Below are positions 38,900 through 47,123 of a stretch of DNA of 64,000 nucleotides, in pieces. Position numbers and translations under genes: made by a program. Every line of letters starts with the position of its first letter. Position 1 is the first letter of the stretch. Source of the DNA: Candidatus Moraniibacteriota bacterium (lineage in GTDB: Bacteria > Patescibacteriota > Minisyncoccia > Moranbacterales > DUUL01); contig JALVDV010000004.1 of the NCBI GenBank assembly GCA_027008775.1, forward strand, positions 24,544 through 88,543, in the 5' to 3' direction. The notes below the pieces were generated by a model that saw only the letters and a list, made by a program, of their open reading frames with translations, was not told where the DNA came from and did no database searches.

Positions 38900-39835
38900 T
38901 TAATTTTTCTTGTTTTCTTCTTTTTCTTTCCTGTGTCCGTGAAATTTCTGATGGACTTTTTTTAGGTTGGCGTCGGTGACGTGGGTATAGATTTGCGTAG
39001 TGTTGATAGAACTGTGGCCGAGGAGAGCTTGAACACTGCGAATGTCAGCGCCATTTTGCAAAAGATTGGTGGCGAAACTGTGACGAAGAACATGAGGTGT
39101 TACTTTTTTAATAATTCCGGCGCGCAAAGCGCATTTCTTGATTATTCTTTGCACGCTGCGGACGGAGAGACGCAGATCGTTTTTTTTGTTTTTTTGTCGG
39201 CCGAGGCGAATGAAGAGAGCCAGGTCGGTGTCGGTGCGTTTGCGCAGGTAACGTTCCAGACTGTCACGGGCGGAGTCGGAAATGAAAACTATTCTGACTT
39301 TGTTACCCTTGCCTTTGACGGAAAACTCTTGTTTTTCCAGGTTGAGGGAGTCGCGATTAAGAGCGATGAGTTCGGAAATTCTTAAGCCGGCGGAAAAAAG
39401 AAGTTTTAAAATAGCTTGATCACGCAATCGTTGCAAAGAATTTCCCGAACAGGCTTTTAATAATTCTTCAATTTCTTTGAGTTCTAAGAAATCAACCTTT
39501 CTTTGCTCGGCTTTTCCCAATTCCACTTTGTCGGCGGAAAGAGTCTTGAAATTGTGACGAGCCAGAAATTTCAGAAACCCTCTGATAGCAATGGCATAGT
39601 AGTTTTGGGTGGTTCGGCTGAGGTTTTTTTCTTTGATCTTTTTTTGGCTGAGATGGACTCTGAACTTGTGGACGATGTCTTCGTTTATCTCGTTGACTTT
39701 TTTAATTTTGCTGAAACGAATAAATTCCTTGAGATAACGACGGTAATTTTCCACCGTTTTGGGAGAACGTTGTCTATCTACCAGAAGATACTCCAGATAG
39801 TTATTTATTTGTTTTTTAATTTCATTGTTTGCCAT
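38900..39835 (-). CDS. Tyrosine recombinase, XerC/XerD family
   Basis: RSPKTVENY; catalytic GLRISEL, KGKGNKVR, HVLRHSFATNLL, LLGH, TTQIYTHV. Confidence 0.94.
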   Translation of the reverse strand: MANNEIKKQINNYLEYLLVDRQRSPKTVENYRRYLKEFIRFSKIKKVNEINEDIVHKFRVHLSQKKIKEKNLSRTTQNYYAIAIRGFLKFLARHNFKTLSADKVELGKAEQRKVDFLELKEIEELLKACSGNSLQRLRDQAILKLLFSAGLRISELIALNRDSLNLEKQEFSVKGKGNKVRIVFISDSARDSLERYLRKRTDTDLALFIRLGRQKNKKNDLRLSVRSVQRIIKKCALRAGIIKKVTPHVLRHSFATNLLQNGADIRSVQALLGHSSINTTQIYTHVTDANLKKVHQKFHGHRKEKEENKKN

Positions 39836-40047
39836 TGATTTATTTTTTGAAAAATCGGTTTTATTTCAGTCGGAAGAAGTGTTTTTGGGCAAGATGAGAC
39901 TTCTTGGTTGTTTGTTGTAAATGATAGCTTATTGGTGGCATTTGACAAGTTTTCTGATTTTGTTTTGGAGTATTTTTTGAGAAGCTGAGAGGGAAAACGG
40001 TCTGCTTTTATCAGGTTTGGCGACAAGCGAAAGTTTAGCAGTAATAT

Positions 40048-40158
40048 ATTATAATATTATCAATAATTTCATAATGTAGCAGAGAAGGTTATTATGATAT
40101 TATTGATAATATCATAATGGTAAAAAGGGTGTCGTGATGCTATTGATAATATCATAAT
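40048..40158. repeat. Cluster A: three copies of the 28-bp palindrome ATTATGATATTAT-TG-ATAATATCATAAT
   Basis: 40048-40075 (inverted, 2 mismatches); 40091-40118 (perfect); 40131-40158 (5 mismatches in the left arm). Confidence 0.9.
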
Positions 40159-40299
40159 ATAGTATATCCCAATGTGTGTTTCGGCATGGAGGGAGATGGT
40201 CGTGAAAGTATAAAGGTAAAAGCGGGGCCGGGAGTAAGAACAAAATAAAGTGAAAGCGATAACAAGAATAATAAGGAGAAGAGGAAAAAACTTGAATGA

Positions 40300-40521
40300 A
40301 AATAACAAGGGGGAGCAAGATGTTCAAATAGCTATATTTTGAAGATTGGAAAATTTTTTAGCAGGGTGATAGATATAGACAAATTAACAGATTTAGAAAT
40401 ACTGGAAATTGAGGATAAATTAGACAACCGACCAGGAAATAATAATGATTGTTTGAGTTCCGGTAAAGCTATGGCTGTAGGACTAAAAAAGAGGCTTTTT
40501 GCTTCTGAATTTGGAATTTAA
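40300..40521 (+). pseudogene. Degraded IS30-family transposase C-terminal remnant
   Basis: KFFSRVIDIDKLTDLEILEIEDKLDNRP resembles the IS30 tail (FPKGTDF...IE.KLNNRPR). No intact DDE domain. Confidence 0.45.
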
Positions 40522-40782
40522 TGTATTCTATTGACAGGAATTCTATTTTTAATATACTGTTTCTGCTGCGATTGTTGTGATTTAAAAGTGGATAATTGGT
40601 TTAAAAAGGTTGGAAATTGATGGAAATTTAAGGGAAGGAATGTTGTTGGGAATGTTTCCTATAGATTTTCAACTGCTAAAGGATTAAATTCCATTAAACT
40701 TTTTAAATTTAAGGAGGAAAATCTAGTAGATGAAGGGAAAAAGCCGAAGAAAAGGGTAATACGGCCAGCGAAGAGTTTTTAT

Positions 40783-41991
40783 TTGTTTGCTAGTCGGTTG
40801 GGCGGACTGATGAGAAATTTGGGAAGCGGTCTAAAAGTGTTCTGGCGGAGAGTGTTGTTTTATTTTAAAGGAGTAGCTAGAAAATTGGTTAATTCCGATT
40901 ACTGGCCGTCTTTGACTGACTTTTTTAGAGAATTTTCAACTTTTAGCACGGTGGTTTTAATTGCCGGCTTGATTATAATCGGTAATTTAAGCCAGCGAGA
41001 GAGTGGAGATTTTTCCTTTGGTTTTAAAAAGGAAAAACGAAAGAGTCTGGAAGAAAAAGTTCAGGAGCGAGTAAAAAATTATTCTTATGGTGGCTCCGGT
41101 TTGACCAGCGCTCCTTTGGCTATAGCTTCTTCGGCGAAGGATATTCAGAAAAGAACTTTACAGGGAGAAAAATTAAAACAGAATGAGATTCAATATCAAG
41201 TCTTAACTGCTACCGAACCGAACGCAGAGGAACTGTTGAAAAGCGGGTCGGATGTGGCTGTTTACGAGGTGAAAGAGGGTGATACGGTCAGTGAAATTGC
41301 CAAGAAATTCGGAATCACGGTAAATACCATTTTGTGGGCAAATGATATCAGTGACGTTTCTAAGATTAAGCCGGGGGACAAGATTTTTATTTTGCCGGTA
41401 ACCGGAGTAAAACACAAGGTAGCGGCTTCCGACACTATTGAGAAGATAGCCAAACGGTATAAGGCCGATCCGCAAAAGATTATCGCTTTTAACGGATTGC
41501 CAGCAGATGGAAAATTAAAAGTTGGCGAGGAAATTATTATTCCGGATGGGCAGAAAACCACTACTCGTCGTTTGACGCCAGAGACGGTCTTACGCAGAAG
41601 GAGTTACTATGCTTTGGACAACTCTTCTGTGGGTAAGAGCACCAAAAGAAAACCTTCAATTATTGACAGGAGTCCTCATTCCAAAGGGCGACATAGATTT
41701 CCTTACGGACAGTGTACTTGGTATGTAGCTCAGCATAAGTATGTTCCTTGGGGCGGTAATGCCGGTACATGGTTGTATCACGCTCGGGCCTACGGAGCCA
41801 AAACCGGTAAAACCCCAAAAGTGGGAGCTATTGTAGTGACGTCGGAAAGTTGGTATGGGCACGTGGCTATTGTGACAAAAGTTACTAGAAAGACTATTCG
41901 GGTGAAGGAGATGAATTACAAGGGCTGGGCCAAGGTGAGTAGCAGAACGATTCCAAGAAACAGCCGGGTTATTAAGGGTTATATTTATTAG
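40783..41991 (+). CDS. LysM x2 plus CHAP-domain peptidoglycan hydrolase
   Basis: YEVKEGDTVSEIAKKFGITVNTILWAN; second LysM; FPYGQCTWYV, WGGNAGTW, YGHVAIV, EMNY. The start codon is uncertain. Confidence 0.9.
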   Translation: MFASRLGGLMRNLGSGLKVFWRRVLFYFKGVARKLVNSDYWPSLTDFFREFSTFSTVVLIAGLIIIGNLSQRESGDFSFGFKKEKRKSLEEKVQERVKNYSYGGSGLTSAPLAIASSAKDIQKRTLQGEKLKQNEIQYQVLTATEPNAEELLKSGSDVAVYEVKEGDTVSEIAKKFGITVNTILWANDISDVSKIKPGDKIFILPVTGVKHKVAASDTIEKIAKRYKADPQKIIAFNGLPADGKLKVGEEIIIPDGQKTTTRRLTPETVLRRRSYYALDNSSVGKSTKRKPSIIDRSPHSKGRHRFPYGQCTWYVAQHKYVPWGGNAGTWLYHARAYGAKTGKTPKVGAIVVTSESWYGHVAIVTKVTRKTIRVKEMNYKGWAKVSSRTIPRNSRVIKGYIY

Positions 41992-42017
41992 TTGGTTTTA
42001 GATGGCTGTATTTGTTG

Positions 42018-42053
42018 GGGCCCAACCTTCGCCGGCCGGCGAAGGTTGGGCCC
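42018..42053. terminator. Perfect 36-bp GC-rich palindrome after the LysM/CHAP gene
   Basis: GGGCCCAACCTTCGCCGG|CCGGCGAAGGTTGGGCCC followed by TTTCATTTT. Confidence 0.6.
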
Positions 42054-42250
42054 TTTCATTTTGTTTTTGATTTGGAGGAGGGGTCTATTTGCTGTATAAT
42101 ATTGAGGTGTTATTGGGATATTTAAAATTTTAGTTGTTTACTCCAGAGGTGCTTGCTTACAGGTGATTTATCTTTTGTTTTAGGTCACTGTTTTACTTGG
42201 ATGAAGCATGTAAGAATGAGTGTGGGGAAACAAAAATAAAAGTGGAAAAA

Positions 42251-43828
42251 ATGGGAAATAATAAAACCGCGCGTTTGATTAAAGAAACGGTAAAAGACAA
42301 AGTGCGAGAGCAGATTTATTCGCAGTGGTTGTTGCTAAGGAAAAAGTTGCTAGCAATTTTTCTTTTTTTAGCTCTCTTGTCGCTGGGAATTATTTGGTGG
42401 ATTGGCCCGGAATCTTTTTTGTTAACTCAGCTAATTGGCAGTGGTTACGAACGTGTAACCAAGCCAACCATGGATTTTATGAAAGAGAAAGGGTGTGTTT
42501 ATGATGGTTTGTTGACGCCGAGATATAATACCAATTTATCGGTGAGCGCGGAATTGGTAAGAAATACCGGCTGCCGTTACATTCATCGTGCTGTGGAAAC
42601 TTGGAACATTCCGCCGGATTTTGCTGAAATAAAAAGGCGAATGGATTTTATTAATCGGCGGGCGGGTAAAAAAATTCGTTACGGAATGTTTTTGGCCGAA
42701 TCTGTTGATACAAATAGAAGTTATTATGATCCTTATTCCAAAAGGCGCTTTTATTTTGCCAAGATGTGTTTGTCGGGAAGTCAGGGAGTTTGGGGTGAAG
42801 GAACTTGCAAGCCATCTTTTGCGCAAAAGGAATACAGAGACTATTTGCGGGCGGTGACTAGACGGGCTATTGATTTGGGGATTGAAGATTTTACTTTCGG
42901 GCAGATTTACTATCAGGATCCGACTTGGCGCAGATCCAGCGCTTTGGCCAGGAGTATCATCGCAGAAATCAAAAGGTATGGGAAATTCAAAGGTAAAGAT
43001 ATCTCGGTGGGGGCGCAAACCAATGATATTGACAGAGAGGAGTATTTGCGCAGTTTTGATTACATTACCGGTGGTATTGGTCAGGATTTGCGAGGCAACA
43101 TTCAAAAGGAGGGAGGTTGTTGGAACTATTATTTGAAAAGAAACGGTTATTGTTGGGCGATGTTGTGGGATAAAAAATATTTTGAACGCTCCAATGATGT
43201 TTTGGTTTATCTGGATTGGAACAATAGTTTTAGTGACGATATCCATCGTTTTACCAGGATGGACAGGCAGAAACGGGCCAAGTTTTTGGGGCGAGCTTAC
43301 GATTTTTTTCTTTGGCGGAAAGTCGGTTTTCTTAGCCCTTTAGGAGAGGTTTTGGGCAATGTTCCGGCCGGCTGTTACGGTCCAACCCCGGAATTTTATT
43401 CGGCCAGCAATCGTTATTCTTGTAGGGATGAAGATGCCATTAAGAATATTTTGTCCGGGGGAAATTTATTGCCGGGACATAGCCGATTTTTGGGACAACA
43501 GGTACCTTTATTGATGAGAGTCGGGGAAAAATATCAAGTGAGAATAAGAATGCAAAATACCGGCTACGGTATTTGGAAAAGGGGAAATGGTTACAGATTG
43601 AGAGATAGAAATTTGCTAAACTCTCCTTCAGCACATTGGGGAAGGGAAGAAGTTTTATTGAGTGAAAATGATGCAATCAAACATAATCAATTCAAAGATT
43701 TTGTTTTTACGGTGAAAGCACCGGAGGTGGCAGGCGATTATGTTTTTGTTTGGCAAATGTTTTCGGACAGTGATGGCTTTTTTGGCGCTCCGAGTGACAC
43801 CCTAACTATCAGGGTGGTGAATAAATAG
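42251..43828 (+). CDS. Membrane-anchored exported protein with C-terminal NBR1-type Ig-like domain
   Basis: Single TM; Cys/Trp-rich core; C-terminal VRIRMQNTG..W...FTVKAPEVAGDYVFVWQM..FFG. Confidence 0.7.
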   Translation: MGNNKTARLIKETVKDKVREQIYSQWLLLRKKLLAIFLFLALLSLGIIWWIGPESFLLTQLIGSGYERVTKPTMDFMKEKGCVYDGLLTPRYNTNLSVSAELVRNTGCRYIHRAVETWNIPPDFAEIKRRMDFINRRAGKKIRYGMFLAESVDTNRSYYDPYSKRRFYFAKMCLSGSQGVWGEGTCKPSFAQKEYRDYLRAVTRRAIDLGIEDFTFGQIYYQDPTWRRSSALARSIIAEIKRYGKFKGKDISVGAQTNDIDREEYLRSFDYITGGIGQDLRGNIQKEGGCWNYYLKRNGYCWAMLWDKKYFERSNDVLVYLDWNNSFSDDIHRFTRMDRQKRAKFLGRAYDFFLWRKVGFLSPLGEVLGNVPAGCYGPTPEFYSASNRYSCRDEDAIKNILSGGNLLPGHSRFLGQQVPLLMRVGEKYQVRIRMQNTGYGIWKRGNGYRLRDRNLLNSPSAHWGREEVLLSENDAIKHNQFKDFVFTVKAPEVAGDYVFVWQMFSDSDGFFGAPSDTLTIRVVNK

Positions 43829-43924
43829 AAAGACTTGGCTATAACCAAGTTACAATCTTTGAGCAAAATCTAACAACGGAAATTTTTTGTTTTTTTCCGT
43901 TATTTTATTTTTTTAGTCGGTTTT

Positions 43925-45454
43925 TTAGATTTCTTCTTTGAAGCGGTATTGAATGGCTTCAGCCAGGTGTTTGGTTTGGATGTCTTGGCTGTTGTCCAAG
44001 TCGGCGATGGTACGGGCGACTTTGAGAAGGCGGTGATAAGCGCGAGGGGAGAGATTGAATTGCTTGATAGCTTGTTTAAGAAGATTTTTGCCGGTGTTGT
44101 CAATTTGACAATGTTTTTCTATTTGTTGGCTGGACATTTCCGAGTTGGTAATTTCCTTTTTGTCTCGGAACCGGTTGGCTTGAATTTGGCGGGCTTTGAC
44201 TACTCGTTTTTTGATGTCAGCGCTTTTTTCTGCCGGTTGCCGGGAAGAGAGTTTTTCAAATTTTAGACGGGGAACTTCAATGTGTAAATCTATCCTGTCC
44301 ATAATCGGTCCGGAAAGTTTTTGACGGTAGCGACTGAGTTGGTGGGGAGTGCAGGTGCAGGCTTTTTCCGGATCACCGGCGTGGCCACAGGGACAAGGAT
44401 TCATGGCAGCGACCAGGATAAAGTTGGCCGGAAATTTGACACTACCGGTGGCACGAGAAATAAAGACCTCGCCTTCTTCCAAGGGTTGGCGAAGATTTTC
44501 TATAACTTCGCGAGAGAATTCGGGGAATTCATCCAAGAATAGAATGCCGCGATTGGCCAGAGAAATTTCTCCGGGACGAGGAAAACTTCCACCGCCAACC
44601 AAGGAGACGGCTGAAGCGCTGTGATGAGGAGAGCGAAAGGGCGGTTGAGTGATGACCGGATTTTTACTGTCAGTTAAACCGACAATGGAATAAAGTTTGG
44701 TGACTTCAAAAATTTCCTTGGTGGTTAAAGTGGGCATAATGGAAGGCAGGGCTTTAGCCAACATGGTCTTTCCACTCCCGGGTGGTCCGCTCAAAAGCAC
44801 GTTGTGCCCACCGGCGATGGCAATTTCCAGGGCTCGTTTGGCGTGTTCTTGGCCTTTGATGTGGGCAAAATCGTGCTCGTGTTTGTCTGGTCGGATGTTT
44901 TCCAGGAAGTTTGCTTGTTTAGAAAGAGGTTTAATTGGTTTAATTCCTTGAAGGTGTTCTACAATTTCTTGTAGGGTTTTAACGGGATAGACGGTAATTT
45001 TTTCGGCGATGTTGGCTTCTTGGGCCACTTCCGCCGGCAGAAATATTTTTTTAAATCCTTTTTCCTGGACAGAGAGGGCGATGGGTAGAGCGCCTTTTAT
45101 TTTACGCAAGCGTCCGTCCAGAGCCAATTCTCCCAGAAAAATAGAATCTTCCGGCAAGCTGTTTATTTGCTTGGAAACTTTGAGAATTCCCAAAGCAATA
45201 GGGAGATCAAAAGAGGGTCCTTCTTTTTTGAGACTGGCCGGCGCCAGGTTGACAGTAATCCGACCAAAGAAGTGGGGCGGGTCATAGCCGGAATTTTTAA
45301 TGGCGCTGGAAACTCTTTCTTTCGCTTCTTTGACAGCAGTATCCGGCAGGCCAACGGTAGTGAAGACCGCCTGGCCGGGAAAAGTGTCCACTTCTATTTC
45401 AATGATTTTTCCCTCCATTCCGTAGGTGGTTGCGGAAAAGATTTTTGAAGCCAC
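43925..45454 (-). CDS. comM: ComM/YifB Mg-chelatase-like AAA+ ATPase
   Basis: VGLPDTAVKEAKERV, NLAPA, GPPGSGKTM, PFRSPHHS, LFLDEFPEF, AMNPCPCG. Confidence 0.93.
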   Translation of the reverse strand: MASKIFSATTYGMEGKIIEIEVDTFPGQAVFTTVGLPDTAVKEAKERVSSAIKNSGYDPPHFFGRITVNLAPASLKKEGPSFDLPIALGILKVSKQINSLPEDSIFLGELALDGRLRKIKGALPIALSVQEKGFKKIFLPAEVAQEANIAEKITVYPVKTLQEIVEHLQGIKPIKPLSKQANFLENIRPDKHEHDFAHIKGQEHAKRALEIAIAGGHNVLLSGPPGSGKTMLAKALPSIMPTLTTKEIFEVTKLYSIVGLTDSKNPVITQPPFRSPHHSASAVSLVGGGSFPRPGEISLANRGILFLDEFPEFSREVIENLRQPLEEGEVFISRATGSVKFPANFILVAAMNPCPCGHAGDPEKACTCTPHQLSRYRQKLSGPIMDRIDLHIEVPRLKFEKLSSRQPAEKSADIKKRVVKARQIQANRFRDKKEITNSEMSSQQIEKHCQIDNTGKNLLKQAIKQFNLSPRAYHRLLKVARTIADLDNSQDIQTKHLAEAIQYRFKEEI

Positions 45455-45690
45455 TTGTTATGTTTTTAATGATTGGTGTCCTGTTTTACTAAGGAAGTGA
45501 AAGCATAAAAGCATTCGAATCCCAGGCGTTTGATTCTAATCCAAGAATGATTAAAAAGCAAGTTTTGGAAAGAATAGAAGTTATACTATTGTTGAATAGA
45601 GTTTATCAAGTAATAGTTATTGCAATAGGACAGCTAATCTGTTTCACTGATAGCTATAACTTTTAAATCAATATTTCTTGTCTATCAACT

Positions 45691-45731
45691 CAGCAAAAAC
45701 CCCGCGCTTGGAAAGGCGGGGTTTTTTGCTG
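45691..45731 (-). terminator. Terminator downstream of the fibre gene
   Basis: CAGCAAAAACCCCGC...GCGGGGTTTTTTGCTG. Confidence 0.7.
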
Positions 45732-45746
45732 TTGCGACTTTTGGAG

Positions 45747-46604
45747 TTAGTTGTTCTGTAAATTTTTGATGATCGTTCTTAGTTCGTTTATCTGTTTTTG
45801 CTGGTTGTCTATTTGTTTTTGTTGACTTTCTATCATCTTTTGTTGCTCTTTAATAGCTTCTATAAAAACGCCGGAAAAACCATCGTAGTCAACCATCTTG
45901 TAACCGTTTGGTCCTTGGCTGACTAGGGTGGGAAAGCTTTTTTCAATTTCTTGGGCAATTACACCAATACCTGGCTTGTCATTGTCTTTTAATTTGTATT
46001 CTACTCCTCTGATGTTGATTAGGCGTGTCAAGGCATTTTTGACTGTTTTAATATCTTTTTTTAATCTTTTATCTGACGCTCTTCTGAAACCGGCTGCCCA
46101 AACATTGGTAAACCTACCTTTCCCTCTTCCCACTATTAAACTGGCATCTCTACCTCTGGAACCATCTACCCTAATTCCAACAGATCCGGCAAAACTGGGG
46201 GCATCTGGTGAAGACCCAAAGGCGTATATCCAAGGGCCACGTCGATTATCTACTCTCCTGTAGTCACTTCTGCTATAAACTGTTCCGATATCCATCGTGT
46301 AGTTTGCGTGAACCCCTTCCGCTACCGTTAAAATACCTCTGTCAACTATGCCGTAATTAACTATTAATCCTACCGGGAAACCATGATTTGCATTAAGCAA
46401 CAAAGCTCCGCCCTTTCTTTGTAAACTATTGCTAGTATTAAGGGGTGCCCCCAGGTTACTGCCGGGAGGGTTGGATGGTGGATTGGTCCAAGCTGCTTGA
46501 GCTGAGTTTACTGACACAGTTACCGCTGAGACGGCTACTGCTATTAATGTCATTAATGCCCAGTAGATAGTGTGATTAGTTGTTGATTCCTTTTTGTTTT
46601 TCAT
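45747..46604 (-). CDS. Secreted tail-fibre-like protein with peptidase S74 intramolecular chaperone
   Basis: Signal peptide (AQAA); WTNPPSNPPGSN..APLN; SDKRLKKDI...LINIRGVEY...GVIAQEIE..FPTLV...VDY..F...IEAIKEQQ coiled coil. Confidence 0.85.
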   Translation of the reverse strand: MKNKKESTTNHTIYWALMTLIAVAVSAVTVSVNSAQAAWTNPPSNPPGSNLGAPLNTSNSLQRKGGALLLNANHGFPVGLIVNYGIVDRGILTVAEGVHANYTMDIGTVYSRSDYRRVDNRRGPWIYAFGSSPDAPSFAGSVGIRVDGSRGRDASLIVGRGKGRFTNVWAAGFRRASDKRLKKDIKTVKNALTRLINIRGVEYKLKDNDKPGIGVIAQEIEKSFPTLVSQGPNGYKMVDYDGFSGVFIEAIKEQQKMIESQQKQIDNQQKQINELRTIIKNLQNN

Positions 46605-46641
46605 ACTTTTTTGCTTTATTATTTTTTATTATTTTGAAAAA

Positions 46642-47058
46642 TTAATAGTTGTACCGATCACTGGATTTTATTTCCTCTATTATTTTCTTTAATTCTTCGC
46701 CAGACAAATTGTCGCCCTGATTGTAGTTATATTTTTTACTAGACCTTATTTCCTCTATTATTTTACGTACCTCTTCGTCGGACAAATTATTTCCTTGGTT
46801 GTAATTATATTTTTTATCAGATTTTATTTCTTCTATTATTTTATCCAATTCTTTGCCAGATAGTATATCAGAGTTCCCTGTTTTTTGTGTCGTTTTTTTA
46901 AGATGAAAATATTCATTAAAAATATCCAGGCTACCGTATTTGATTGTTAGCGCTAAGGCCGTTAGGCTGGCTATAAGTATTATTCCGGCAACGATTAGTA
47001 ATACTTTTTTCTTTTTTCCGGAGAAGAATTTTTTGTGATTAATATTCTGTTGTTCCAT
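46642..47058 (-). CDS. Membrane-anchored protein with three 26-aa repeats
   Basis: TM followed by LS.EE..KIIEEI.S..KYNY(NQG.N) three times. Confidence 0.75.
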   Translation of the reverse strand: MEQQNINHKKFFSGKKKKVLLIVAGIILIASLTALALTIKYGSLDIFNEYFHLKKTTQKTGNSDILSGKELDKIIEEIKSDKKYNYNQGNNLSDEEVRKIIEEIRSSKKYNYNQGDNLSGEELKKIIEEIKSSDRYNY

Positions 47059-47123
47059 ACTATTTTGTTCTATGTTTATTTATACTAGACTTTTAAATAT
47101 TTTACTAGCGACAACCTATTTTT

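Noticed and set aside
40048-40158. Palindromic 28-bp repeats as a CRISPR array
   Set aside because: Spacers are only 12-17 bp, copy orientation is mixed, there are 2-3 copies per cluster, and no cas genes are present.
34542-43246. Long antisense ORFs such as 34542-35162 and 42536-43246
   Set aside because: They are shadow frames of well-supported genes and show no recognisable motifs.
45510-45530. TTCGAATCCC as a tRNA fragment or att site
   Set aside because: Too short, with no cloverleaf and no match to the two tRNA 3' ends in the window.
45747-46604. Prophage remnant
   Set aside because: No capsid, terminase, portal or phage integrase genes are nearby, and the protein has a signal peptide.
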